A model generated the notes under the pieces. The model was not told the origin of the DNA and did no database searches. It saw only the letters and a list, made by a program, of their open reading frames with translations. Positions 53,544 through 63,693 of a stretch of DNA of 64,000 nt are shown piece after piece; within the stretch, counting starts at the first letter, position 1; each line of letters starts with the position of its first letter. A program made the position numbers and the translations under genes. The stretch is from positions 248,001 through 312,000 of the IMG/VR virus record IMGVR_UViG_3300023199_000204; one strand, given 5' to 3'.

Positions 53544-53616
53544 GCCAGCGTAGCTCAATGGTAGTAGCAACGGTTTTGTAAACCGTAGGTTGTAGGTTCA
53601 AGTCCTATCGCTGGCT
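53544..53616 (+). tRNA. tRNA-Thr(UGU)
   Basis: GCCAGCG/CGCTGGC, ACGGT-TTTGTAA-ACCGT. Confidence 0.93.
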
Positions 53617-53919
53617 TTTATGAAAGGAGGTTCCTATATGGTAAGTATGAAAATAGAATATCCTATTAATAAGCCAAGTGAATTTGGAATAACAGGAAAT
53701 GTAAAAAAAAGGAGTGGGCGACAGTTATAGGAGAATATTTGAGAACTCAGATAGGAAAAGGAAAAGATATTTCAAAACCAAATACAGATAGTGATTTGTA
53801 TGTAATTGATATTAACTTAGATCTAAGCTATGATACTTTTTATTGTAAAAGCAATTGTGGAAATTTAGGTCTTGAAACAGGTATTTTGTTAGATGTTATT
53901 CAAAGAATTGAGAAATAAT

Positions 53920-53966
53920 AAGGAGCGAATGGCTTGGATAAAAGCCACGCTCCTTTTGTTTTTTAT
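53920..53966 (+). terminator. intrinsic terminator at the end of the tRNA region
   Basis: AAGGAGCG-AA-TGGC...GCCA-CGCTCCTT followed by TTGTTTTTT. Confidence 0.7.
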
Positions 53967-54032
53967 AACTATCATAATTGCTGTCGTTACGGCAATAATA
54001 GTTCATATAATTATTAACTGAAAGGAAATAAA

Positions 54033-54542
54033 ATGAAAAAAGTATTATGTTTAATTGTTGTAACCGTTTTCTTATCAGCCTGTGGTTTACCTTCTGGAAC
54101 AGTCCATGTCCTCAGTGGAGATGACGAATATATTACAGATCACGGAATGTATGTTTTAGTTGAAAATGTTAATAGACCAAGTAAAAGTACAGTCGAAAAT
54201 TGGACAAATGAAGCTTTTATGTTTTGGTGGAAGTTATATCCTAAGCTTGGAAGATGTATGATAAATAGAATATATATCGTTAATGCTCATTTTTGGGATC
54301 AAAATTATATTCCATATGAAGGAACAGCTGTCGGAAATGGAAAGGTTGCTGGGCTATCATATGGAAATAATATAGATATATCATATAGTTATACTCTTGA
54401 AGATCCTTATTTAAAGGTAAGAGGTGTTTTTATACACGAATTATCTCATCAGTTGCTAACTTGTTATAAAAACAGACTTCCTCCTGAAGACGACCATTCT
54501 TTAATGAAGCGAACAGGAATGGATGAATTCACTGAATGGTAG
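54033..54542 (+). CDS. lipoprotein with HExxH zincin motif
   Basis: FLSA-C lipobox; FIHELSH. Confidence 0.6.
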   Translation: MKKVLCLIVVTVFLSACGLPSGTVHVLSGDDEYITDHGMYVLVENVNRPSKSTVENWTNEAFMFWWKLYPKLGRCMINRIYIVNAHFWDQNYIPYEGTAVGNGKVAGLSYGNNIDISYSYTLEDPYLKVRGVFIHELSHQLLTCYKNRLPPEDDHSLMKRTGMDEFTEW

Positions 54543-54626
54543 TAATTCATTTTCACCGATGTTATTAAAATACTAATATTATTTCATATATATATCTATG
54601 ATAATTAGAAGCTCTGGAGATTAAAT

Positions 54627-55295
54627 ATGTCTAATAAATTAGTATCAATTCTCATCATATCAAGAGGTAGATTTAATAGCTTACTAAAAGCCTTAGACTC
54701 TATTATAAAGAAATCTAAAGATATAAGTAGAGTAGAAGTAATATTAAGATTTGATGAAGATGATAAAGAATCACTAGATAGGATAGACGAGCTACCTAAA
54801 GATAAGGTTGATATTAATGTAATAGTGGGAAAAAGATACTTTTACGAGTTTCTTCATAAATATGTAAATGAAGCCTGTGAGGAAACAAAAGGTGAATTTA
54901 TACTTTGGTTTAATGATGATTGCGTTATAGAAACTCAGAATTGGGATGATATAGTAGCAGAGTATAGAGGAAGAATAGTTTGTTTATATCCAAATAATAA
55001 AGGAACTGGCTCTGGTAATATATTTCCATTAATAAGTAGGAAAGTATATGAAATTCTTGGACATTTCGCAAAGTCACAACAAGTAGATTCTTGGCAGTTT
55101 ATTGTTGGGAGTAGAGCAGGGATTGAAGTTAAAAGGGATGATTTAATATTTATTCATAATCGCAAACAGGCTTATGTTTCAGATGAAGATAGAAATGCTG
55201 TTTTAAAAAGAACGCGAACTGTTTGGAAAAAATCAGACAAATTAATTACTGAGGATGCCGATAAAATAAAAGAATATGTTAAAAATAACAAATAA
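54627..55295 (+). CDS. glycosyltransferase family 2
   Basis: VSILIISRGR..EVILRFDEDD..NEAC..FILWFNDD. Confidence 0.8.
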   Translation: MSNKLVSILIISRGRFNSLLKALDSIIKKSKDISRVEVILRFDEDDKESLDRIDELPKDKVDINVIVGKRYFYEFLHKYVNEACEETKGEFILWFNDDCVIETQNWDDIVAEYRGRIVCLYPNNKGTGSGNIFPLISRKVYEILGHFAKSQQVDSWQFIVGSRAGIEVKRDDLIFIHNRKQAYVSDEDRNAVLKRTRTVWKKSDKLITEDADKIKEYVKNNK

Positions 55296-56151
55296 TTTTA
55301 CATACTTAGTATTAGGTTCGGAAGGTCAGATAGGAAATCCTCTTGTTAATTGGATAAAGAGGCAAGGGGATACTGTTATAGAACACGACATTAAGCGAAC
55401 AGATTTGGAAGATATAAGGTTGCTTCCTCCTAATAGTGAGAGAAAAGAGCATCTTTTAAGGAATAATATTAAAAATTGTGATTTTATATTTTTTTTAGCT
55501 TGGGATGTTGGAGGAAGTAAATATTTATCAAATGCTGAAAAGTCTTATGATTTAGTTAATAATAATATACTGATTATGAAATCAGTATTTTCCCTCCTTA
55601 AAGAATATAATAAACCTTTTATATTTACTTCAAGTCAAATGTCAAATATGATACATTCCACTTATGGCAACACAAAGCTAATAGGCGAAAAATATACTAG
55701 AGCACTAAATGGTCTTTCTGTTAAGTTGTGGAATGTATATGGTTATGAGAAGGTAGATAAAAAATCTCACGTTATAACTGACTTTATTAATATGGCGTTG
55801 GAAGACAATCACATTAATATGAGAACTGATGGTTCAGAAGAAAGGCAATTTCTATATGTAGAAGATTGTTGTAATGCCCTTTACACTTTAAGTAAATCAT
55901 ATAATAAAATATCTAGAGAACAAGATTATCATATCTCAAGTGGCGAGTGGCTTTCTATAGAAAAAATAGCATCAATAATAAGTAATTTAACTAACTCAAA
56001 ATATACAAAAGGTTCGTATGTAGATAATGTTCAGATGAATATGAAACTAGAACCAAATGACTCTATGAAGAATATTTGGAATCCTAAATATAATATAAAA
56101 GAGGGGATTGAAATTCTTATAAAAAAAATTAAATTGGAGCTTAATAAATGA
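55276..56151 (+). CDS. NAD-dependent epimerase/dehydratase
   Basis: GSEGQIG Rossmann motif, FTSS, YGNTK, NVYG, RQFLYVED. Confidence 0.88.
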   Translation: MLKITNNFTYLVLGSEGQIGNPLVNWIKRQGDTVIEHDIKRTDLEDIRLLPPNSERKEHLLRNNIKNCDFIFFLAWDVGGSKYLSNAEKSYDLVNNNILIMKSVFSLLKEYNKPFIFTSSQMSNMIHSTYGNTKLIGEKYTRALNGLSVKLWNVYGYEKVDKKSHVITDFINMALEDNHINMRTDGSEERQFLYVEDCCNALYTLSKSYNKISREQDYHISSGEWLSIEKIASIISNLTNSKYTKGSYVDNVQMNMKLEPNDSMKNIWNPKYNIKEGIEILIKKIKLELNK

Positions 56152-56444
56152 AAATTTACGTTGATATAGATGAAACAATTTGTGATACACCGGGCGATAG
56201 GGATTACACCAAGTCAATTCCTATTGAAAAAAGAATAGAAAAAATAAACAAATTGTATGATTCGGGACACACGATAATCTACTGGACAGCTCGTGGAACA
56301 AAGTCTGGAATTAACTGGCGAGAAATAACAGAAAAACAATTAAATGATTGGGGAGCTAGGCATCATAAACTTAAAATGTGGAAACCAGATTATGATGTTT
56401 TTATATGTGATAAGGCAATAAATTCAAATGACTTCTTTAAATAA
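56148..56444 (+). CDS. small HAD-family phosphatase (capsule-biosynthesis type)
   Basis: VDIDETIC, IIYWTARG, KPDYDVFICDKA. Confidence 0.8.
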   Translation: MKIYVDIDETICDTPGDRDYTKSIPIEKRIEKINKLYDSGHTIIYWTARGTKSGINWREITEKQLNDWGARHHKLKMWKPDYDVFICDKAINSNDFFK

Positions 56445-56928
56445 AATTATTACAATATTAATTATAACTTTATTTGTTTTGATTCTTTTCAAATCAAGTT
56501 CTGCTCATAAGGTTGATATTCCTCATTATAGATATAAGCATAAAACGGAAGCGATCATTGTAAATCCTTCCATTTTTAATGCTAAGTTGAAAGTAAAATG
56601 TGATTGGAATGGTAAGAGGTGGCTAAGAGTAAAAGTTTTTCCTCTGAAAAGAAAAAGTAGTGTTTCAATATCAGTTCCAAATGGTTCTAGATGTGTGGTT
56701 ATTCCCTCTTTATGGTAAAGGAAGAATTTATGAACAAAATTTATTTATCAATGAAATCTGAAGTTCCGAATATTTCGGACAAAGAAGCGATGTTTTGGGC
56801 AAAGTTTATTAGGCTAGTTCCCACTCTTGATAAGGCAGACTCAGAATTTCTTTATGCGACAATGGCTTTATTAGTTGAAGAATTTTCTGAAAAATATAAT
56901 AAGCCAATAAACCATTAAATAAATTAAG

Positions 56929-57363
56929 ATGTGTGTGACAATATATACAGACGCTGGTTGTAAAAATAAAAAATCAACTTGGGCAATTTGGTCTCGTTGT
57001 GAAGAAGGAAGAATAGTAGAAAGTGGCTCGTGCCTAAAATATATTATGTCTGCTAATGCTGCTGAAATATATGCTATTTATAAAGGAATTCAATTAGTAA
57101 CGAGAAAGTGGAATGATTTAGAAGGAATAGATATTCGGACTAATTCGAAGCACGCAATAAGCAGACTTAAATTTGGCATAAGTTATACTGGAAATTTCAC
57201 TGTTTTTGAAAAGCGAGCAAGAGAGAATTTATATAAGTTTCTTGATAAAAAGAATATTAAATTAAAGATGAGATGGGTCAAAGGACATCAAGGTAATAAT
57301 TCAACACCTGCTTGGTTGAATAATAAATGTGATGAATTGACTAAAAAAGCAAGAGGTGAGTAA
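56929..57363 (+). CDS. RNase H type I-like
   Basis: YTDAG, NAAEIYAI, WVKGH, NNKCDEL; third acidic residue appears as N (RTNSK). Confidence 0.75.
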   Translation: MCVTIYTDAGCKNKKSTWAIWSRCEEGRIVESGSCLKYIMSANAAEIYAIYKGIQLVTRKWNDLEGIDIRTNSKHAISRLKFGISYTGNFTVFEKRARENLYKFLDKKNIKLKMRWVKGHQGNNSTPAWLNNKCDELTKKARGE

Positions 57364-58050
57364 ATGCTATCAATATGTATAGCGTCAAAAAATCGCTCTA
57401 GGTTAAAAACAAGAGATGGACTTAAACTAGAGCCTTTAATTAATTGTATTAAATCAATTAAGAAATCACTAAAGTTTTTTTATGAAGATGTAGAGATAAT
57501 AATAGCCGATTATAGCACTGATGATAAACCTCAAGAGTGGATAAGTGAAATCTTGGAAGACACGCCACATAAAGTAATTAGTGTTTCTGGCGAGTTCTCA
57601 AGAGGGGAGGCAAGAAACATTGCTTTTAGGCATTCTTCTGGAGAGTTTATATTTTTCTTAGATGCCGATATGATAATATATTCTTGTTTTATTTTAAGAA
57701 AATGTGTTGAAATATCTAAACAAGATATTTCAAATTTAGGAACAGCATATTTTCCAATATGTTATTCTTATTATAATCACCAGAAAAAAGATGGTTGGTG
57801 GCGAACGACTGGCTTTGGCAATGTAGCAATGTCAAGAAAGTTAATGAATAAGGTTGGAGAGTGGCAAGAGAAAAAAACTTGGGGCGGAGAAGACGATGAA
57901 ATGTATATGAGGGTTTCAAGAGTTGCTCCAGTTGTTAGAGAAAAAGTTAGTCAGTTTTATCACCAGTGGCATCCATATGAAAGTGAGGATATTAAAACTT
58001 CCTGGTATGATTATTTATTAAATAAGGTTAAACGTGGATTTAAATTATAA
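57364..58050 (+). CDS. glycosyltransferase family 2
   Basis: EIIIADYSTDD, FSRGEARN, FFLDADM, WGGEDDE, HQWH. Confidence 0.82.
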   Translation: MLSICIASKNRSRLKTRDGLKLEPLINCIKSIKKSLKFFYEDVEIIIADYSTDDKPQEWISEILEDTPHKVISVSGEFSRGEARNIAFRHSSGEFIFFLDADMIIYSCFILRKCVEISKQDISNLGTAYFPICYSYYNHQKKDGWWRTTGFGNVAMSRKLMNKVGEWQEKKTWGGEDDEMYMRVSRVAPVVREKVSQFYHQWHPYESEDIKTSWYDYLLNKVKRGFKL

Positions 58051-58714
58051 TATACAACTTAGAAATTCTAATGTAAATCAATCTATAGAAAACAAATTAG
58101 AAGATTTGCGTTATTTTTTAGATAAAAATCTAATGAAGATGTCGTTAATTAGTAGGCTTCCAATTAATGGATTAGTGTTTGAAGAAATATTACATAATTC
58201 TTTCCTAAAAATAGGATTAGAAAGTAATTGGGTTCCAAACTCTCACAAACCTGGTGCCGATATAACAGTGAAAAATTTCATTAATGATATGGACCCTATA
58301 TCTGTTAAAGGTGGGCTTCTTAAAAATAATTATATTCAAATATCTTCTCATAGATTAACGAAACATTCAACTCTTTTAGATAAATTAAATTTTATAAATA
58401 ACTGTTCAAATACATATAACTATTATGTGTTTAATGTTAGAGACTATAATAAAGAAAAAGAAGAAATAAGGAAATATAGAACATTTTTAGTTCCTTCTAA
58501 TTTTATAGATTTAAGCAATTTTGTTTGGTTTGAGACAGATAAATGTTGGAAAACTAGAGAAAGGGTAGAAGATAGAACTTATTTGAGAATTAATAAAAAT
58601 ATGTCTCACCAATATTGGATGTATATTGATTATGAAGCATTTCTAAATAACAGCAATATTGAACAAATAGGTGGTATTACGCTACCAATATCTATGTTGG
58701 GAATTGAAGGATGA
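58034..58714 (+). CDS. hypothetical protein, candidate restriction endonuclease
   Basis: FEEIL..HKPGADI..ISVKGG (PD-(D/E)xK-like spacing); overlaps the MTase start. Confidence 0.5.
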   Translation: MDLNYNIQLRNSNVNQSIENKLEDLRYFLDKNLMKMSLISRLPINGLVFEEILHNSFLKIGLESNWVPNSHKPGADITVKNFINDMDPISVKGGLLKNNYIQISSHRLTKHSTLLDKLNFINNCSNTYNYYVFNVRDYNKEKEEIRKYRTFLVPSNFIDLSNFVWFETDKCWKTRERVEDRTYLRINKNMSHQYWMYIDYEAFLNNSNIEQIGGITLPISMLGIEG

Positions 58715-59562
58715 ACCGAACCTATTTGGTTGATGTTCTTGAGGGTCTTGGCAAGATTGAAAATGATTCGATAGATATAATACTAGCAGATCCACCTTAT
58801 AATATTGGAAAGAATTTTGGAACTAATAAAACAAATATTCCAATTAAAGATTATATGGTTTGGTGTAATAGTTGGATTAATGAATGTTATAGAGTATTAA
58901 AACCAACAGGATCTATGTTTATATACGGATTTAGTGAAACACTAGCACATATTTCTTCTTCTATAAATTATGAACATAGGTGGCTAGTTTGGTACTATAC
59001 TAACAAAACCTCTCCAAGGTTAAAGTTTTGGCAACGAAGCCACGAATCAATTTTGTGTGTTTGGAAAGATTCTAAAAGTAGAATATTCAATGTTGATGAT
59101 GTTAGAATTCCTTATACTAATAACTTTATAAAAAATGCTGCTGGAAAGATAAGACAAGCCTCAGTGGGTAGGTTCTCAAAAGGAAGTAAGAAAACAATAT
59201 ACAAGGCTCATAGCAAGGGAGCTTTGCCAAGAGATGTGATTAAAATATCGGCGTTAGCTGGCGGAGCCGGTAGAGCTGAGAGATGGAAGTATTGTAAGTC
59301 TCATAATGAGGTGTTTTTTAATAGAGAACACTCTAATTGTGATGTAATAAAACATCCTACGCAAAAACCATTAGCTTTATCTTTAAGATTATTAAAGTCC
59401 TGTAAGCCTGATTTTGGAGGAGTAGTTTTAATTCCATTTTCTGGCTCTGGAGCAGAGGCATTAGCAGCCAAAAAACTAAATATGAATTTTATAGGATTTG
59501 ATATAAATTCTGATTATGTTAAAATGGCAAATAAAATTCTAGAAAAGGATTTAAATGAATAA
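58711..59562 (+). CDS. N6-adenine/N4-cytosine DNA methyltransferase (beta class)
   Basis: ADPPYNIG, HESIL, HPTQKP, LIPFSGSG. Confidence 0.9.
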   Translation: MNRTYLVDVLEGLGKIENDSIDIILADPPYNIGKNFGTNKTNIPIKDYMVWCNSWINECYRVLKPTGSMFIYGFSETLAHISSSINYEHRWLVWYYTNKTSPRLKFWQRSHESILCVWKDSKSRIFNVDDVRIPYTNNFIKNAAGKIRQASVGRFSKGSKKTIYKAHSKGALPRDVIKISALAGGAGRAERWKYCKSHNEVFFNREHSNCDVIKHPTQKPLALSLRLLKSCKPDFGGVVLIPFSGSGAEALAAKKLNMNFIGFDINSDYVKMANKILEKDLNE

Positions 59563-60138
59563 AATTCTAGGGTTGGGAAAAATATTATTAATAACTATCC
59601 TAATATTTTTAGGTATGTTTTCTTTTGGGGCAAGTATAATCATACCAGAGCTAAGTATCTTTAAAAGAATGTTGTTTGGCTCAGTATCATTAATATGTTT
59701 AATATTGACAACTTTATATTTTCTTCTTTTAGAAAACTCAAAATTTATGATAGATAATCAAAAGAACCTAAATACTAGAATTTTAATGGACTTAAACTCT
59801 GTCTCTAAAAATTATAATAAGCTTTTAAAAAGAAAAATGGGATTTGGGCAGGGAGATTTATTTTCAAAAGATATAGAAATAATGTCTATGTTAAGAGAAG
59901 GAATAGTAGAAGAGCCTTCTTTAAAAGTTATAGAAGAATTTTTAAAAGAAATAAAACATTCCGATACATTATTTTTAATTCGTATCGATCATTATAATGG
60001 GCTATGGTGGTTAAGGGTGTGTGGTCAGTCAATTACTCTAAATCAAGCACTTGCTGTTATGGAACTTATAAGTAATAGAATAATTTTAATGTCAGATATA
60101 GATGGCTCTCTTATAGAAAAAAAGGAGATTATATTAAA

Positions 60139-60933
60139 TTGAATCATGTAGTTTTAGCAAGGATAGATGAACAATCTGAAGAAGAATTTTTAATAGCTTC
60201 TAAGATAATACCTATTTACGCAAATAGAAATAATATTCCCAATGGAAGTGTAGTTATGGGAAGATACAGTGTTTTACCGTTTTATAATGGTCAATATGAA
60301 TCTATGCTAAAAAACGGTAGTATTTTAATAAATACTCCAAAACAACACGAAATTGTTTCTAATATGGAGCTTTGGCTTAAGTTTCCTGAGTTGAGAAGTG
60401 TTTCTCCAAAGACTTGGTTTGATAAAAGTGAGGTTCCTAATGATGGTCCATTTGTAGTAAAGGGTAATACTAATTCTAGAAAGCACGAATGGAACACTAA
60501 AATGTTTGCGAAGAGCAGAGATGACTTAGATAGAATATTAAGCAACTTACAAAAAGATACTTTAATATATAATCAAGGCATTTTATTTAGAGAATATGTA
60601 AAGTTAGAAAAAATAGCAGAAGCTCCTAATGAGTTGCCCATTTCAAACGAATGGCGGTTTTTTTATTGGGAAGATAAAAGGGTTGCGACGGGATTTTATT
60701 GGAGCAAATATGCTAATGGCGAGTTTTCTGGGCAAATGGATTATAATGGAATAAAATTTGCTGATAAAATTGCTTCAGTTGTTGCCAACTTTTGTAAGTT
60801 CTTTGTAGTAGATATAGCCAAAACAGAAGAAGGTGATTGGATTTTAATTGAGATAGGAGATGCCCAAATGGCGGGCTTATCAGCCATAGATAAAGAGTTA
60901 TTTTATACTTCTTTGTCAAATTTTTTTATTTGA
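60139..60933 (+). CDS. ATP-grasp domain protein (R2K/DUF4343-like)
   Basis: PFVVKG..SRKHEW..REYV..NEWRFF..FFVVDIA..ILIEIGDAQMAG. Confidence 0.75.
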   Translation: MNHVVLARIDEQSEEEFLIASKIIPIYANRNNIPNGSVVMGRYSVLPFYNGQYESMLKNGSILINTPKQHEIVSNMELWLKFPELRSVSPKTWFDKSEVPNDGPFVVKGNTNSRKHEWNTKMFAKSRDDLDRILSNLQKDTLIYNQGILFREYVKLEKIAEAPNELPISNEWRFFYWEDKRVATGFYWSKYANGEFSGQMDYNGIKFADKIASVVANFCKFFVVDIAKTEEGDWILIEIGDAQMAGLSAIDKELFYTSLSNFFI

Positions 60934-60940
60934 GGAAAAT

Positions 60941-61477
60941 ATGATTGGAGTTCCTATTGGATTACTGGTAGCAAATACCACAGAATGGATGTTTCATAAA
61001 TTTGTATTACACGAACTAGGTAAGGCTAAGAATAGTTTTTGGAGGTTTCATTGGAAACCACATCACAATTCTTCTCGAAGAAACAATTTTATAGATGCTG
61101 ATTATGAAAAGTCAGCATTTGAATCAATTGTTGAATGGAATGCTCAAGGAAAAGAGCTGGCGGCACTATTTGTGGCAGCGGTAATCCATATGCCTTTATT
61201 ACCTTTAACTCCTTTTTATACCTTGACTATTTGGTATTGTGTGTTAAATTATTATAGAAAGCACAAAAAATCTCATTTATTCCCTAAATGGGCTAAGAAG
61301 GAGCTATACTGGCATTGGCTTCACCATATGGGAAAAGACCAAAACAAAAACTGGGGAGTAACGCATCCGTTTTTTGATTTCGTAATGGGAACATCAACAA
61401 TGAATCCTCCAGACAGAGTAAGTAAATTAGCATTAAATATAAATAAATTATATAATAAGGTTAGGAAAATACTATGA
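60941..61477 (+). CDS. sterol desaturase / fatty acid hydroxylase family
   Basis: EWMFHKFVLH, HWKPHH, HWLHHM, NWGVT. Confidence 0.8.
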   Translation: MIGVPIGLLVANTTEWMFHKFVLHELGKAKNSFWRFHWKPHHNSSRRNNFIDADYEKSAFESIVEWNAQGKELAALFVAAVIHMPLLPLTPFYTLTIWYCVLNYYRKHKKSHLFPKWAKKELYWHWLHHMGKDQNKNWGVTHPFFDFVMGTSTMNPPDRVSKLALNINKLYNKVRKIL

Positions 61478-61941
61478 ATATAATTATCACCAATTTAAGC
61501 AAAGCGGGCAAACTGCTTTTAAATGATTGTATAGATCAGAATATCACTCATATAGTGTCTTTAGGAGGACCTAATGATTCTCCTCCTCTCGCTTATAATG
61601 CTCATCCCGCCAAGAAGATAAGGCTTGAGTTCGATGACGTTGTTTTTGATGGTAATGATTATATTGCTCCAAAAGAAGAGCACGTAAGGAAGTTAATTGA
61701 TAAAAAGAAAATGCTTATTCATTGCTATGCTGGAATAAGCAGATCAACTGCGGCAGCATTAATCTTTATGTCGTTGTTTCACGATTTACAAACTTGTAAA
61801 GATAAATTGCTTGAATTAACTCCTTGGGCTCAACCAAATAAAACAATGATAGGATTTGCTGATAAGATATTAGAACATAATGGCAAGTTTTTGGAACTTA
61901 GGGAAGAAATTTATGATTTAACTAAGGACTACGAATGGTAA
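61474..61941 (+). CDS. protein-tyrosine / dual-specificity phosphatase family
   Basis: IHCYAGISRSTA (CX5R). Confidence 0.88.
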   Translation: MNIIITNLSKAGKLLLNDCIDQNITHIVSLGGPNDSPPLAYNAHPAKKIRLEFDDVVFDGNDYIAPKEEHVRKLIDKKKMLIHCYAGISRSTAAALIFMSLFHDLQTCKDKLLELTPWAQPNKTMIGFADKILEHNGKFLELREEIYDLTKDYEW

Positions 61942-62396
61942 AAAGAATATTTATAGGAATGGATAGTAGTTGTAATTATGAAAGAAATAGGATATTACAA
62001 TTTCTAAGTAGTGATATAATGCTATCAAATTATTCTTTTGAAGAAGTATCTGGTGATAATTATATAGAAGTGGCGGATGAGGTTTGTTCAAAAGTCAGAA
62101 TAAATGGAAGTTATGGAATTTTGATATGCGAATCAGGTTCTGGCTCTGCTATGGTGGCAAACAAAAAAGTTGGGATACGGGCAGCGGTCTGTAATGATTC
62201 TTGTAGTGCTTCTCTTGTAAAGTCTCATAATGATGCTAATGTAATATGTTTAGGAGCCAAAATAATAGGAATGGATGTGCTTAAGGCGGCGATTTCCACA
62301 TTTATATTAACTCCTTTTGATAAGAAATATTTAGAAAACGTTAATAAGATTAAAGTGATTGAAAACACTGAAATTGAAAGTTGGGGTAGGAAATAA
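61935..62396 (+). CDS. rpiB: RpiB/LacA/LacB sugar-phosphate isomerase family
   Basis: GILICESGSG..ANK..GIRAA..HNDANVICLG; some catalytic positions divergent. Confidence 0.8.
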   Translation: MVKRIFIGMDSSCNYERNRILQFLSSDIMLSNYSFEEVSGDNYIEVADEVCSKVRINGSYGILICESGSGSAMVANKKVGIRAAVCNDSCSASLVKSHNDANVICLGAKIIGMDVLKAAISTFILTPFDKKYLENVNKIKVIENTEIESWGRK

Positions 62397-62398
62397 TT

Positions 62399-62986
62399 GT
62401 GAATTATGAAAATCTTAAAGAATTAAGAAGAAGAACTCTTGCTCCGTATATTAAATGTAAATCTGCTTTGATTGACTCTAATGGTGATATAGAGAAAGCA
62501 ATAAAATTGCTTCTTGAGCAAGGGTTTAAAAAACAGCGGAGACTTTTGGGCAACCCAACTGATAGTGGAATTGTTCACGCATATGTTCATCCTGGAGACA
62601 AAATAGGTGTTTTGGTTGAGCTAAAGTGTCAAACTGATTTTGTTGCTAGAACGGAAGAATTTAGAACTTTCGCTCACGAACTTTCTCTACAAGTCGCTTC
62701 AATGAAACCTAAATATATTTCAAGAGATGATGTTCTTCAAGAAGATATTGATAAGGAAAAAGAACTGCTTTTAAAAAATATGAAAAGAAAGAAGATGCCT
62801 GATGAAGATATAAAGAAGGCTTTGCCTTCTGCTATAGAAAGATGGTATGCTGAAATTTGCTTATTGGAACAACCTTATATTAAAAACAGCATAAAGTCAG
62901 TTAAAGATGTTCTTGCCGAATTAATTAATAAAGTGGGAGAGAATTGTAGAATATCTAAATTTTCAAGATGGGAAATAGGTGAATAA
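62399..62986 (+). CDS. tsf: translation elongation factor Ts (short form)
   Basis: LKELRRRT..CKSAL..GDIEKAI, GIVHAYVH, LVELKCQTDFVAR, LLEQPYIK, SKFSRWEIGE. Confidence 0.9.
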   Translation: MNYENLKELRRRTLAPYIKCKSALIDSNGDIEKAIKLLLEQGFKKQRRLLGNPTDSGIVHAYVHPGDKIGVLVELKCQTDFVARTEEFRTFAHELSLQVASMKPKYISRDDVLQEDIDKEKELLLKNMKRKKMPDEDIKKALPSAIERWYAEICLLEQPYIKNSIKSVKDVLAELINKVGENCRISKFSRWEIGE

Positions 62987-63085
62987 ATGAATGATCCTTC
63001 TAATTATCGGGACTGGGCTTATTATATCATAATGATATTATTGATTTTTACAATAGTGTCATTTTGTTCAATATAGGAAATTAAT

Positions 63086-63532
63086 ATGAGTTATGCTGAA
63101 ACAACCGAAATAATAATGCCTGGAGATACAAATCATTATGGAACGGCTTTTGGTGGGAAGATAATGGAATTAATTGATAAAATCGCTGCCATTGCTTCTT
63201 ATAGGTTTGCTAGAAATTGTGTGACTGCTTCAATAGATAGTTTGGAATTTAAACATCCTATTCAATTAGGTGATATAATTACATTAAAAGCTCACGTTAA
63301 TAAGTCTTGGAAAACTTCTATGGAAGTGGGTGTTAAAGTTATTTGTCATAGCAAGAAAACTGGGGAGGAATTTAAAGCTTGTAGAGCATTTCTAACATTT
63401 GTAGCAGTTGATGAAAATGGAAAGAGAAGAGAGATAGAGAATGAAATTAAACCAGAGACAGCACGAAATTGGAGGTGGTTTAATGAAGCAGAAGAAAGAA
63501 GAGAGTTGCGTTTAAAAGCGAGGAAGAAATGA
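63086..63532 (+). CDS. acyl-CoA thioesterase (hotdog fold)
   Basis: MPGDTNHYGTAFGGKIM..VTASID..TSMEVGV..FLTFVAVD. Confidence 0.9.
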   Translation: MSYAETTEIIMPGDTNHYGTAFGGKIMELIDKIAAIASYRFARNCVTASIDSLEFKHPIQLGDIITLKAHVNKSWKTSMEVGVKVICHSKKTGEEFKACRAFLTFVAVDENGKRREIENEIKPETARNWRWFNEAEERRELRLKARKK

Positions 63533-63693
63533 TTTGTAAGTATATATTTTCTTTAATAAAAAAACATTATATCTTTTATTAAGGAATTTTTAAATGAGGG
63601 AAAAGATAGTTTAAACGATGATGTTAATATGTATGATCCATTTGATGATGAATGTTTATATGATTTAAATGACTATCATTAATAAGTAAATAC

